Shown: one piece after another, positions 35,257 to 47,185 of the stretch
Numbering within the stretch: position 1 is the first letter of the stretch
Layout of the letters: each line of letters starts with the position of its first letter
NCBI GenBank assembly: GCA_963643405.1
Contig: CAVIKC010000001.1
Span: forward strand, 63,598 to 127,597
Direction of reading: 5' to 3'
DNA: 64,000 bases
Origin: Succinivibrio sp.
GTDB lineage: Bacteria > Actinomycetota > Coriobacteriia > Coriobacteriales > Eggerthellaceae
Position numbers and translations under genes: made by a program
Notes under the pieces: generated by a model
Told to the model about the DNA's origin: nothing
Database searches by the model: none
Seen by the model: the letters and a program-made list of their open reading frames with translations, nothing else

Positions 35257-38200
35257 TTATGCCTGAGTGGTTTGAACCTCGTCTTCCGTATGGAATTCCA
35301 CAGTAGAGCCCTGGGTTACCGCGGCACCCTTCTGCTGCTCCTCAAGGTTTGCCTTTGCCACGCTGATCATAAGCTTGATACGGTTCAGCTGGTTCACCTC
35401 GGAAGCACCGGGATCATAGTCGACGGCAACGATGTTGGTGCCCTTGTAACGGCGACGCAGCTCCTTGATCACCGATTTACCCACCACATGGTTAGGCAAG
35501 CAGGCGAATGGCTGGGCACACACGATGTTTGGGGCGCCGTTGCGGATGAGCTCGCACATCTCGGCAGTAAGCAGCCAGCCCTCACCCATGGAATTGCACA
35601 GGGACAGGATCTCCTCGGCATAGCTTGCCAACTCAAAGATGTCGGTGGGCGCTTCAAAGCGGCTCGACTTCTCGAGTGCATCGTTGGCTGGCTTGCGGAG
35701 CTTTGCGATCATCTTCAGCGCCGCCTTCGCACCGGCAGCGCCCTTCTTCGATTTGCCAACACCTTCCTGCTGGAAGATGGAGCCAGCTATTCCGAACAGG
35801 AAGAACTCGATAAGGCCAGGAACAACCGCTTCACAGCCTTCTGCTTCGATGACATCGACGACCTGATTGTTCGCCGTGGGGTGGAACTTAACCAAGATCT
35901 CCCCAACCACGCCAACGCGAGGCTTAGTGCCCTCACCCTGCAGCGGCAAGTTGTCGAAGTCCTCGACGATAGCACGAACAGTTTTCTTGTAACGACCGAA
36001 CTTCTCGCCTTCCTGCACCTGGGCTTTGCATTTGGCCATCCAGTAGTCGAACAGGCGCTGCGCCGAGCCAGGCTCGATTTCGTAGGGGCGCGTGCGGTAC
36101 AGGCACTGCATCAGGAGGTCACCGTACTCAAGCGCGAAAATAGCGTTGTAGAGCATGGTCGCAGTTACCTTGAAGCCCGGATTGGACTCATCGAGCTTCT
36201 TGAAGGCAAGGGAGATCACCGGGATATGCGGCAGCCCAGCCGCCTTCAATGCCTTGCGAATCAGCGAGATATAGTTAGTTGCACGGCAACCGCCGCCTGT
36301 CTGGGTAATAATGACGGCAAGCTTGTCGGTGTCGTAACGCCCCGAAGTCACTGCTTCCATGATCTGGCCGGTAACCAGGATGGACGGGTAGCAAATATCG
36401 TTGTTCACGTATTTCAAGCCAGCATCCACCGCACCATGGTCCACAGCGGGCAGCAACTCAAGGTTGTAACCGTTGGCGCGGAAGATGGGAACAAGCAAGT
36501 CGAAGTGGATTGGCGCCATCTGCGGGCAAAGGATAGTGTAGCCCGCCTCCTTCATTTCCTTGGTGAACTGCACCTTCTCGAAGGCCGTGCTCTCGGCATC
36601 GCGGGCATGCGAACCAGCAGCAGGCCAGCCCTGGGAGTGCGCCAGCTCGGCGGCAACCGCGGCCCCGGCCTCAGCCTCGCGCTTGCCGGTTTTACCTTCG
36701 ATGGCAGCTTCACGGGCTGCCACATCTGCTTCGAGCCTGTCCGCGTCGATTCCGCAAGCGGGGCAGCCTCCGGCAACCGAGGACTGCTCGGCACGCTCGT
36801 CGGCCTGATCCTTCAAGGCGGCAAGCAGGCTGCGTACGCGGATACGGGCAGCACCCAGGTTGGACACCTCGTCGATCTTCAGCACCGTGTAGATCTTGCC
36901 CGAGCCTTCCAGGATCTCCTGCACCTGGTCGGTGGTGATGGCGTCCAGGCCACAGCCGAAGCTGTTCAGCTGGATCATATCCAAATCATCGCGCTGGGTT
37001 ACCACCTTCGCAGCACGGTAAAGACGCGTATGGTACATCCACTGGTCAACGGCGCGCAGCGGGCGCTCTACCTGTCCCAAGTGTGCCACGGAATCTTCGG
37101 TGAACACAGCCAAGCCGAAGCTGGTAAGCAACTCGGGGATAGCGTGGTTTATCTCCGGGTCGCCATGGTACGGGCGGCCAGCAAGCACAATGCCATGCAC
37201 CCCATGCTCTTCGATCCATTTCAAGGTTTCCATGCCCTTGCTATGGATGTCCTCGTGCACCTGCTCGTCTTCAGCCCACGCAGCATCAACGGCAGCGTCG
37301 ACTTCCGCCTGAGTAGGAGCAACGCCTTCGCCCATCAGCTCAGGGTGCTTTTCTACCAGCTCGACGTACAGGCGTTCCTTCAATTTGTCCTTCATGTGGT
37401 ACGGAACGAAGGGGTTCAAGAACTGGATATCGGTTTCATTAAGCGCATCAACGTTGAGCTTCAGGGCTTCCGAATAGCTCATAACGATAGGGCAATTGAA
37501 GTGGTTGCCTGCGGTTTCGTCTTCCATGCGCTCGTATTTGGCGCAGGGCATCCAAATGAAGTCGATGTCCTTTTCCAGCAGGTTCATGATATGACCATGC
37601 GAGAGCTTGGCTGGGTAGCAAACGCTTTCCGAGGGCATGGATTCAATGCCAGCCTCATAGGTTTTCTTGGTAGACGGGTCGGAAAGCTCCACACGGAAGC
37701 CAAGCTTCGTGAAGAAGGTGAACCAGAACGGGTAGTTCTCGTACATGTTCAATGCACGAGGGATGCCCACCGTGGCACGCGTGGCTTCTTCCTTGGAAAG
37801 CGGCTTGTAGCAGTCGAACATCCGCTGGGTTTTGTAGTCGAATAGGTTCGGTACCTTGGCAGCTTCCTGCGCCAGCCCCGCGCCCTTCTCGCAGCGGTTG
37901 CCGGTGATGAAGCGGCGATGCTTGCCGGTGGCCTCGTCTACGCCGAAGTCGTTGATGGTGAGCAGGCAGTGGTTGGAGCACGCCTTACAGCGAACGTTGC
38001 GATGGGTGGGCTCCAAGGCGTTGAGCGCCTGCAGGCCCAGCATGCTGGTGTGAGCGCGCTGGCCGGTTTGAGCTTCAGCCAGATGAGCGCGATCGCGGGC
38101 AAGGAGCGCAGCACCGAAGGCACCCATGTTGCCGGCGATGTCGGGGCGTACGGCGTTGGTTTCGGCAAGCTGCTCGAACGCGCGCAGAACCGCATCGTTC

Positions 38201-39858
38201 AAGAACGTGCCGCCCTGGACGATGACCTTCTTGCCCACCTCACGCGGGTCGCGGATCTTGATGACCTTGAACAAGGCGTTCTTGATAACCGAAAGAGCAA
38301 GCCCGGCGGCGATGTCGCCCACCGTGGCGCCTTCCTTCTGCGCCTGCTTCACGCGGCTGTTCATGAACACCGTGCAACGGCTGCCCAAGTCAACGGGATG
38401 CTCCGCCTTAATGGCGCTTTGCGCGAACTCGGAAACATCCAGGTTCAGGCCGCTTGCGAAGCTCTCGATGAAGCTGCCGCAGCCAGAAGAGCACGCCTCG
38501 TTCAGCATGATATGGTCGATTACGCCGTCTTTCACACGCAGGCACTTCATGTCCTGACCGCCGATGTCCAAGATGAACTCGACGCCGGGGAGCATCTCCT
38601 GCGAGCCGCGCAAGTGCGCAACGGTTTCGATCTCGCCGGAGTCGACGCGAAGCGCCTCGAGCAGCAAGGCCTCGCCGTAGCCGGTTACCGTCGCATGGCC
38701 GATGGTGACCCTCGGGTTGCCCTGATCATCGGTTGGAAGCGTTTGGTACAGCTCGGCCACCGCGCGCTTTGCGCAACCGAGCACGTCGCCCTTGTTGTTC
38801 ACATAGCTGCTCCACAGAAGAGCTCCATCTTCGGAGATCAACGCGCTCTTGAAGGTGGTGGAACCGGCATCTATGCCCAGGTAGGCCGTGCCTTCATACT
38901 TAGCAAGGTCGGCGCGGCGTACTTTCTCGCTGTCGTGGCGGCCCTTGAATTCAGCGTAGTCGGCCTCGTCTTTGAACAGCGGGGGCAGGCGAACAACTTC
39001 GCTGCCCTGCACATCGCCCAGGTTCTCCAAGCGCTCAACAACGCTGGAAAGCAGCTCCGCCTTCGCGCCGGAGCCCGCCAAGGCGCAACCGCTGGCAACG
39101 AACAGGTGGGCGTTGTCGGGGACGATGATGTGCTCGTCGTCGAGCTCGAGGGTTTCGTAGAAGCGCTTGCGAAGCTCGGGCAGGTACTGCAAGGGGCCAC
39201 CTAGGAAAGCCACGTAGCCGCGGATGGGGCGGCCGCACGCCAAGCCGGAAATGGTCTGCGTTACCACCGACTGGAAGATGGAAGCAGCGATGTCTTCCTT
39301 CTTCGCACCCTCGTTCAAAAGGGGCTGCACGTCCGTCTTGGCGAACACGCCGCAGCGGCTGGCGATGGGATACAGGACGGTATGGTGCTGCGCAAGTTCG
39401 TTCAGGCCAGTTGCGTCGGTGTCGAGCAAAGCCGCCATCTGGTCGATGAACGCGCCCGTGCCGCCCGCGCACGTGCCGTTCATGCGCTGCTCGATGCCGT
39501 TGTCGAAGTAGATGATCTTGGCATCCTCGCCGCCGAGCTCGATGGCAACATCGGTCTTCGGGATGAACGTCTCTACCGCCGTCTTCGAGGCGATAACCTC
39601 TTGGACGAACTCCAGCCCCAGCCACTGCGAAAGCAGCAAGCCGCCGGAACCGGTGATGGCGACCGTGACTTCCTTATCGGGGAACTGCGCGGATGCCTCT
39701 TTCAGCACCTCGAGCACCGTAGCGCGAACATCGGCGTGATGGCGGCGATATACCGAGTAGATGATCTGATCGTCGGCATCGAGCACCGCCACTTTCACCG
39801 TGGTGGAACCGACGTCGATGCCCAAGTGCAGGGCGCAGTTATCAGCGGAGGTTGTCAT
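35257..39858 (-). CDS. single-chain BCR/HAD-type enzyme: two tandem BcrAD/BadFG (HgdC-like) activator ATPase domains + Cys-rich segment + DUF2229-like and HgdB-like dehydratase-type halves
   Basis: ATPase phosphate-1 motifs [10 protein letters not shown] (aa 18) and [10 protein letters not shown] (aa 333). Cluster cysteines sit in [16 protein letters not shown] and [16 protein letters not shown]. Also present are [29 protein letters not shown] and [15 protein letters not shown] use ATG 39858, preceded by AGGAG; the ORF-track GTG at 39873 is unlikely. aa numbers use the ORF-track start. Confidence 0.9.
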   Translation of the reverse strand: MTTSADNCALHLGIDVGSTTVKVAVLDADDQIIYSVYRRHHADVRATVLEVLKEASAQFPDKEVTVAITGSGGLLLSQWLGLEFVQEVIASKTAVETFIPKTDVAIELGGEDAKIIYFDNGIEQRMNGTCAGGTGAFIDQMAALLDTDATGLNELAQHHTVLYPIASRCGVFAKTDVQPLLNEGAKKEDIAASIFQSVVTQTISGLACGRPIRGYVAFLGGPLQYLPELRKRFYETLELDDEHIIVPDNAHLFVASGCALAGSGAKAELLSSVVERLENLGDVQGSEVVRLPPLFKDEADYAEFKGRHDSEKVRRADLAKYEGTAYLGIDAGSTTFKSALISEDGALLWSSYVNNKGDVLGCAKRAVAELYQTLPTDDQGNPRVTIGHATVTGYGEALLLEALRVDSGEIETVAHLRGSQEMLPGVEFILDIGGQDMKCLRVKDGVIDHIMLNEACSSGCGSFIESFASGLNLDVSEFAQSAIKAEHPVDLGSRCTVFMNSRVKQAQKEGATVGDIAAGLALSVIKNALFKVIKIRDPREVGKKVIVQGGTFLNDAVLRAFEQLAETNAVRPDIAGNMGAFGAALLARDRAHLAEAQTGQRAHTSMLGLQALNALEPTHRNVRCKACSNHCLLTINDFGVDEATGKHRRFITGNRCEKGAGLAQEAAKVPNLFDYKTQRMFDCYKPLSKEEATRATVGIPRALNMYENYPFWFTFFTKLGFRVELSDPSTKKTYEAGIESMPSESVCYPAKLSHGHIMNLLEKDIDFIWMPCAKYERMEDETAGNHFNCPIVMSYSEALKLNVDALNETDIQFLNPFVPYHMKDKLKERLYVELVEKHPELMGEGVAPTQAEVDAAVDAAWAEDEQVHEDIHSKGMETLKWIEEHGVHGIVLAGRPYHGDPEINHAIPELLTSFGLAVFTEDSVAHLGQVERPLRAVDQWMYHTRLYRAAKVVTQRDDLDMIQLNSFGCGLDAITTDQVQEILEGSGKIYTVLKIDEVSNLGAARIRVRSLLAALKDQADERAEQSSVAGGCPACGIDADRLEADVAAREAAIEGKTGKREAEAGAAVAAELAHSQGWPAAGSHARDAESTAFEKVQFTKEMKEAGYTILCPQMAPIHFDLLVPIFRANGYNLELLPAVDHGAVDAGLKYVNNDICYPSILVTGQIMEAVTSGRYDTDKLAVIITQTGGGCRATNYISLIRKALKAAGLPHIPVISLAFKKLDESNPGFKVTATMLYNAIFALEYGDLLMQCLYRTRPYEIEPGSAQRLFDYWMAKCKAQVQEGEKFGRYKKTVRAIVEDFDNLPLQGEGTKPRVGVVGEILVKFHPTANNQVVDVIEAEGCEAVVPGLIEFFLFGIAGSIFQQEGVGKSKKGAAGAKAALKMIAKLRKPANDALEKSSRFEAPTDIFELASYAEEILSLCNSMGEGWLLTAEMCELIRNGAPNIVCAQPFACLPNHVVGKSVIKELRRRYKGTNIVAVDYDPGASEVNQLNRIKLMISVAKANLEEQQKGAAVTQGSTVEFHTEDEVQTTQA

Positions 39859-39869
39859 CTCGAATCTCC

Positions 39870-40517
39870 TCACATTCGAATGGGCTCGCCGGGCTTGATG
39901 AACAGAAGGCGCATGGCGATAAGCGCCATTTCCTCAGAGGTTTCCTTCATCCCGGTTTCAATCCAATGGTTAATAACGCCTAAATACGCAGAGGCATAGA
40001 AGGCAAGGTAGTACTCAACGAACGAGTCGGGGCTTTCCCGATACTTTTCGTGCAAAACGCTTTGTATCAAATGGGTGCACACAGAATCGCGCAGACGCTG
40101 GCCGAAAGCCGCATCACCACCAGGGCCTAGGACGGCATGCAGGAAGCTTCCCTGTTTGCGCAGGTAGTCGAACAGCTCAACCAGGAACGGCAAAGGCCTC
40201 TTCATCACACAGGTAGCCAACACGTCCTTGACGCTCAGCGAATCCATCTGCGACTGGATGTGAAGCAGGTCGGCCATCACCTCGTCTTCGAAGGTGGCCA
40301 GCAGATGGTCTTTATCGTGGAAGTGGTTATAGAACGTGCCGCGGTTCAGGTCGGCCGCAGAGCATAGGTCGTTCACTGTAATGGCATCGAAGCCCTTTTC
40401 CTCGATAAGGGAAATGAGCGCTTGACGCAAGGCGCGCTTGGAACGCGTGATGCGACGGTCCTCCGCAGAGCAGGGCACGGCTTCGCCTTGCTGCTTCTCC
40501 AAAGCGGCATCTGCCAC
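39870..40517 (-). CDS. TetR/AcrR family transcriptional regulator
   Basis: N-terminal HTH ([24 protein letters not shown]); 215 aa. Its stop codon overlaps the RBS of the giant downstream gene. Confidence 0.9.
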   Translation of the reverse strand: MADAALEKQQGEAVPCSAEDRRITRSKRALRQALISLIEEKGFDAITVNDLCSAADLNRGTFYNHFHDKDHLLATFEDEVMADLLHIQSQMDSLSVKDVLATCVMKRPLPFLVELFDYLRKQGSFLHAVLGPGGDAAFGQRLRDSVCTHLIQSVLHEKYRESPDSFVEYYLAFYASAYLGVINHWIETGMKETSEEMALIAMRLLFIKPGEPIRM

Positions 40518-40573
40518 CGAAAACCTCTTCCCCCCTGACCATCTGGCGAAACGGGCTCAGTTCGACAAAACGA

Positions 40574-40583
40574 TCATTAATGA
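40574..40583. promoter_or_regulatory. 10-bp perfect palindrome TCATTAATGA upstream of the TetR gene (possible operator)
   Basis: It lies 57-66 nt upstream of the tetR ATG. An adjacent ACACAGTGT mini-palindrome is at 40584-40592. Confidence 0.25.
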
Positions 40584-40828
40584 ACACAGTGTGCAAAAAC
40601 ATAGTAGCAAGGCATACCTGCGCAAGCAAGGAACGACCATCAAAAGCCCATCGGCGAAGCAGAAGAAACCTCTACAGGGAATCCCTTCCCTGGATACCAG
40701 CTGCAGAAGGAACTGCAAATGCGGCAAGGTAAGAACGGTTGCGATGGATTCGGTTTGCCGACCACTACAGCAAGAAACCCCTCGGCGGCATCGAAAGATC
40801 AAGCCGATCGAATATCCCCCACCCCACG

Positions 40829-40870
40829 CGAAAACAGCAAAGAGCCCCGACAAAGACGTTGTCGGGGCTC
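40829..40870 (-). terminator. rho-independent terminator of the UPF0210 gene
   Basis: On the minus strand, GAGCCCCGACAA-loop-TTGTCGGGGCTC is followed by TTTGCTGTTTTC. Confidence 0.65.
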
Positions 40871-40896
40871 GACGAAGCAGTTCGCGTGTTCGCGGA

Positions 40897-42261
40897 CTAA
40901 TTCTTAAGAGAGTTCAACGGTGCGGGCATGCGGCCGCCACGGTGAGCGAAAACGCTGCCTGCAAACTGGTTAACCGGCATGACGGGCGCGTAGCCCAGCA
41001 GGCCGCCGAAGTCGAGCTTGTCGCCCACACCCTTGCCGATGGCGGGAATAAGTCGAACTGCGGTGGTCTTGTTGTTGATCATGCCGATCGCGCACTCATC
41101 GGCGATTATGCCGAAAATGGCTTCGACGCTGGTATCGCCCGGAATGGCGATCATGTCCAAGCCAACGGAGCACACGCAGGTCATGGCTTCCAGCTTCTGC
41201 AAGCACAGGGCGCCTGATTCGGCTGCGCGGATCATTCCAGCGTCTTCAGATACAGGAATGAAGGCGCCGGACAGGCCGCCGACGCTGGAGCTGGCCATAA
41301 CGCCACCCTTCTTCACTGCGTCGTTGAGCATGGCAAGAGCCGCCGTGGTACCAGGGCCTCCGCACTGGCCAACGCCGATAGCCTCCAAGATCTCGGCAAC
41401 GGAATCGCCTTCTGCGGGGGTGGGAGCAAGAGAGAGGTCAAGGATGCCCTTCTGCACGCCAAGGCGGCGGCTGGCCTCGCGGCTCATGAGCTCACCGGCG
41501 CGCGTGATCTTGAAAGCGGTTGCCTTGATGGCCTCGGCGATAGAGGTCATATCGGCGTCCTTGGGCATGTTGCGCAGCACGTTGTTCACCACGCCCGGGC
41601 CGGAAACGCCTACGTTCACTACGGCATCGGCCTCGCCGGAACCATGGAAGGCGCCAGCCATGAAGGGATTGTCCTCTACGGCGTTGCAGAACACAACGAG
41701 CTTCCCGGCACCGATGCAGTCGCGATCAGCGGTGAGCTCAGCGGACTTCTTCACCATCTGGGCCATCTTGAAAGCGGCATCCATGTTGATGCCCGCACGG
41801 GTGGAGCCCACGTTCACCGAGGCGCACACATTATCGGTGGCAGCCAGAGCTTCGGGAATTGAGTTCATAAGGTTCTCATCGGCGCGGGATGCACCCTTGT
41901 GAACCAATGCGGAAAAACCACCTACGAAGTCAACGCCGACTTCCTTGCCAGCCTTGTCCATGGCAATGGCTATGGGGGAAAGGTCGGTTGCCTGAGTCGC
42001 AGCACAGATCTCCGCGATAGGGGTAACCGAGATGCGCTTGTTCACGATCGGGATGCCGTACTCACGTTCTAGCTGCTCGGCCGTGGGAACCAGCTTTTCC
42101 GCGGCAGTGGTCATGCGGTCATACACCCTTTGCGCCATGACGTTTATGTCCTCGTGGGTGCAGCCGCGCAGGTTCAGGCCAAGTGTGATCGTGCGGATAT
42201 CCAAGTGCTGCTTGCTGACCATCGCCAGCGTTTCAGCGATTTCCTCCGGAGTGATCTGCAT
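40897..42261 (-). CDS. UPF0210 / DUF711 (PFL-like) family protein
   Basis: Family-typical N-terminus [31 protein letters not shown] from ATG 42261; 454 aa. Confidence 0.9.
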   Translation of the reverse strand: MQITPEEIAETLAMVSKQHLDIRTITLGLNLRGCTHEDINVMAQRVYDRMTTAAEKLVPTAEQLEREYGIPIVNKRISVTPIAEICAATQATDLSPIAIAMDKAGKEVGVDFVGGFSALVHKGASRADENLMNSIPEALAATDNVCASVNVGSTRAGINMDAAFKMAQMVKKSAELTADRDCIGAGKLVVFCNAVEDNPFMAGAFHGSGEADAVVNVGVSGPGVVNNVLRNMPKDADMTSIAEAIKATAFKITRAGELMSREASRRLGVQKGILDLSLAPTPAEGDSVAEILEAIGVGQCGGPGTTAALAMLNDAVKKGGVMASSSVGGLSGAFIPVSEDAGMIRAAESGALCLQKLEAMTCVCSVGLDMIAIPGDTSVEAIFGIIADECAIGMINNKTTAVRLIPAIGKGVGDKLDFGGLLGYAPVMPVNQFAGSVFAHRGGRMPAPLNSLKN

Positions 42262-42380
42262 GTGAAACAATCCCTTTCGTACGGTTTCAACAGACTTTAA
42301 AATTCTAGCACTGCCCGCACTAGACGATGCGCGCAACGCAAGCGCTTACGCAATGGAAACGAACACCCGCACAAAAGCAG

Positions 42381-42698
42381 TCACAGCGAAAACGGGCGGA
42401 TTCCCTTTACCGCAATGTCCTTTATCCCCAAAAACGACCGCAAGTCGAAATCAACCTCGTCATCGATCTCCAAGCCTCTGTCCAGAATCAGCAGCTCGCC
42501 GAAGGGTGCTTCGAACACACCGCAGTTCTGCGCCTTGAGCTTAGGGGTATCCTTGTCGCGGACAAATCGGGAATGCAGCTCGGTCATGTCGGCGCAGCAG
42601 CCTTTAGGGCTGATGGGCTCAACCGCTATGCAGTGGTACCCCTTGCGCTCCATGTAGGCCAGCAACTTCTCCGATGCCGTGACGCGAACCTCCCTCAC
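42381..42698 (-). CDS. small conserved-looking protein with a GCC (Cys-Cys) motif, hypothetical
   Basis: 105-aa ORF whose GTG start overlaps the tlyA stop (GTGA). The motif ISPKGCCADM and overall layout recall the small CC/Se-motif (seleno)protein families, but I have not verified this. Confidence 0.55.
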   Translation of the reverse strand: MREVRVTASEKLLAYMERKGYHCIAVEPISPKGCCADMTELHSRFVRDKDTPKLKAQNCGVFEAPFGELLILDRGLEIDDEVDFDLRSFLGIKDIAVKGIRPFSL

Positions 42699-43435
42699 TG
42701 CGGGCCGCCTTCGAAGGTAGCGTACACCAGGTATTCCACGTTGCCCTCGGCTCCCTTGATGGAAGACTCCACCACGCCGTTCACGCAGAATCCAGCATGG
42801 CCAAGCGCTTCTTCAACCTCACCCACTACACGCTGCCGAACAGATGCGTCACGGACAATGCCATGGTCGGTTTCCTCATGCTGGCTCTCGAATTGCGGCT
42901 TGATAAGGCCCAGGAAAACACTGCCCGCCCGGCACAAGCTCGCGAACACGCCCACCAACTGCGCCAAGCCAATGAAGCTCAAATCGCATACCACCATATC
43001 GAATGGCGCGCCCAGGGAAACCGGGTCGGCGGTACGTATGTTCGTGCGCTCGAAAACCGTGACACGGTGGTCTTGCCGCAGACTCCATGCCAGCTGCCCG
43101 TAATTCACATCCACGCAGGCAACGCTTGCCGCACCCGCCTGGAGCAGGCAATCGGAGAAACCACCCGTAGAGGAGCCAACATCGATGCAGCGCAGACCAT
43201 CGACGCACACCCCGAAATAGTCCAGCGCCCCTTGGAGCTTGTGGCCGCCGCGCGAAACGAATCGCCTGGTGTTCTTAACGAAGATGTCGGCATCGGGGCG
43301 GACCTTCAGCGCCGCGCTGGAAACATACACATCGTCGACGCGCACCTCGTGCGCGATGACGGCGCGCAAAGCCGTATCCTTATCCGGGAAATAACCCAAC
43401 TCGATGAGCAAATCATCCAAACGAACCTTAGCCAC
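42695..43435 (-). CDS. tlyA: TlyA family rRNA (cytidine-2'-O)-methyltransferase
   Basis: S4 domain (MAKVRLDDLLIELGYF), VSRGGHKLQGAL and SAM motif DVGSSTGGFSD. Confidence 0.9.
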   Translation of the reverse strand: MAKVRLDDLLIELGYFPDKDTALRAVIAHEVRVDDVYVSSAALKVRPDADIFVKNTRRFVSRGGHKLQGALDYFGVCVDGLRCIDVGSSTGGFSDCLLQAGAASVACVDVNYGQLAWSLRQDHRVTVFERTNIRTADPVSLGAPFDMVVCDLSFIGLAQLVGVFASLCRAGSVFLGLIKPQFESQHEETDHGIVRDASVRQRVVGEVEEALGHAGFCVNGVVESSIKGAEGNVEYLVYATFEGGPQ

Positions 43436-43437
43436 GG

Positions 43438-45663
<2,226 letters not shown>

Positions 45664-45726
45664 TCATAAACTCATGAACAGCTGCAGCAGCAAGCAATGC
45701 CCTTTGGTGGGCTACGGTAGTTTTTG

Positions 45727-46593
45727 CTACGCGCGCTGAATGCGTTGGATGGCCTCGGGGATGGCTTCAAGAACGTCCTCGGCAGCAACGCTGACGATCC
45801 CCCTCCGCTCGCTGGCGATTATCCCCGCAACAGCATGTACGGCAACGCCCAAACGTGCAGCATCGAACGCAGGCTTACCCTGGGCAAGGAAGCCCCCGAT
45901 GGTGCCAGCAAGGACATCACCGGTTCCGGCCTTGGCAAGGGCAGCGGTTCCAAAATCGATCGTGAATGCGCTATCAGGAGAGGCGATAACCGTATCTTGC
46001 CCTTTCAGAACAACGATGCTGCCGTAGCACACCGAAAGGGAACGGGCGGCCTCTGTTTGGGAGAACCGGGATAGGTCTATCGAGTACGGGGCGGCAAGCC
46101 GCTGGGCTTCCCCCCAATGAGGGGTAAGGACCGTAGCTATGCCCTGCCTCTGGCGCCGAAGCAGCAACTTGCGCATTTTCGGAACCGCAATGAGCGAGAG
46201 GGCGCCTCCGTCTACCAACGCAGCAGCGTTGCCGCGCTTAAGGATACGCCGCAGGGCTGTTTCGGCATCGGTATCTGCCACATCGAACCCGGCTCCGATG
46301 ACGAAGGCACCGGGATACTGCGCGGGAACGACGGAAACCGGATCGATATCGGAAAAGGAAGAGACGACCAACGAAGGTCGATACTGCTGCAATAGCTTCA
46401 CGTTGCGCCGGCTGGTGAACACCTGGGTGTAACCAGCGCCAGCAAGCTGCGTTGAAACCGAGCACATCATGGCAGCCCCGGGGTAAGCCGGCGAACCGGC
46501 AACCACCACGGCCTTGCCGCGGGAGTACTTGTGCGCATCAGCGGCCGGAACGGGAACCATCGGTGCGAATTCTGCAAGATCAGGCATTCTCAA
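45727..46593 (-). CDS. nnrD: ADP-dependent NAD(P)H-hydrate dehydratase (YjeF C-terminal type, dehydratase domain only)
   Basis: KYSRGKAVVVAGSPAYPGAAMM and GTGDVLAGTIGGFLAQG blocks. Confidence 0.88.
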   Translation of the reverse strand: MRMPDLAEFAPMVPVPAADAHKYSRGKAVVVAGSPAYPGAAMMCSVSTQLAGAGYTQVFTSRRNVKLLQQYRPSLVVSSFSDIDPVSVVPAQYPGAFVIGAGFDVADTDAETALRRILKRGNAAALVDGGALSLIAVPKMRKLLLRRQRQGIATVLTPHWGEAQRLAAPYSIDLSRFSQTEAARSLSVCYGSIVVLKGQDTVIASPDSAFTIDFGTAALAKAGTGDVLAGTIGGFLAQGKPAFDAARLGVAVHAVAGIIASERRGIVSVAAEDVLEAIPEAIQRIQRA

Positions 46594-47180
46594 GAGCCCT
46601 CTTTCTGGGTAGCGGGAATCTCGTCCAAAAGCGAGCGGACCTCTTTGAAGCGGCGGTTGAGGTCATGGGCGGGGTTCGCTTTCTTAGGCTCGGCTTTTTC
46701 GCGATCATCGGCCGTAAGAGCCAGGGCACACGCAACCGCCTCGGTATGCGTGTAGGAAAGCGAAAGAGGGATCTCCTCGATGCCAAGTTCCCTGGCAGCC
46801 GCTGCCGCCCTTCCCTTCAAGCGAACATGGGGCTTGCCCTTCGAACCAAGCACCACTTCCACATCGGCAGCCTTGATACCCCGGGAAAACCCCGTGCCCA
46901 GCGCTTTCAGGACCGCCTCCTTCGCCGCGAAGCGCGTGGCGTAATGGTACTCAGGTTGCGCAGTGGAGTCGCAATACGCACGCTCTTCGCACGAAAACGA
47001 GCGCTCCACGAATGCAGGCGAGCGCTTCATGATGGCACGGATCCGCCCTATCTCCACAATGTCAACGCCCATGGAAACGCTTTCGGGGAGGATGCCCTGT
47101 ACCTGAGCGCTTTCGGCAACGGAGCCCAAGGCCTTTTGCGCCGAAGCAGAGTTGCCCAGGTTTTCAGCAGATGCAGCCAT
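46590..47180 (-). CDS. acpS: holo-[acyl-carrier-protein] synthase with N- and C-terminal extensions
   Basis: AcpS core MGVDIVEIGRIRAIM...FAAKEAVLKALGTG. I use ATG 47180, 5 nt after the glmS stop; ATG 47072 is the alternative. ATGA overlap with nnrD. Confidence 0.8.
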   Translation of the reverse strand: MAASAENLGNSASAQKALGSVAESAQVQGILPESVSMGVDIVEIGRIRAIMKRSPAFVERSFSCEERAYCDSTAQPEYHYATRFAAKEAVLKALGTGFSRGIKAADVEVVLGSKGKPHVRLKGRAAAAARELGIEEIPLSLSYTHTEAVACALALTADDREKAEPKKANPAHDLNRRFKEVRSLLDEIPATQKEGS

Positions 47181-47185
47181 GGCAC

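Noticed and set aside
34921-39204. 974-aa and 428-aa plus-strand ORFs antisense to the giant BCR/HAD-type gene
   Set aside because: This is the same shadow-ORF artefact. There are no motifs or plausible RBS, and the minus-strand frame carries clear ATPase and dehydratase signatures over the full length.
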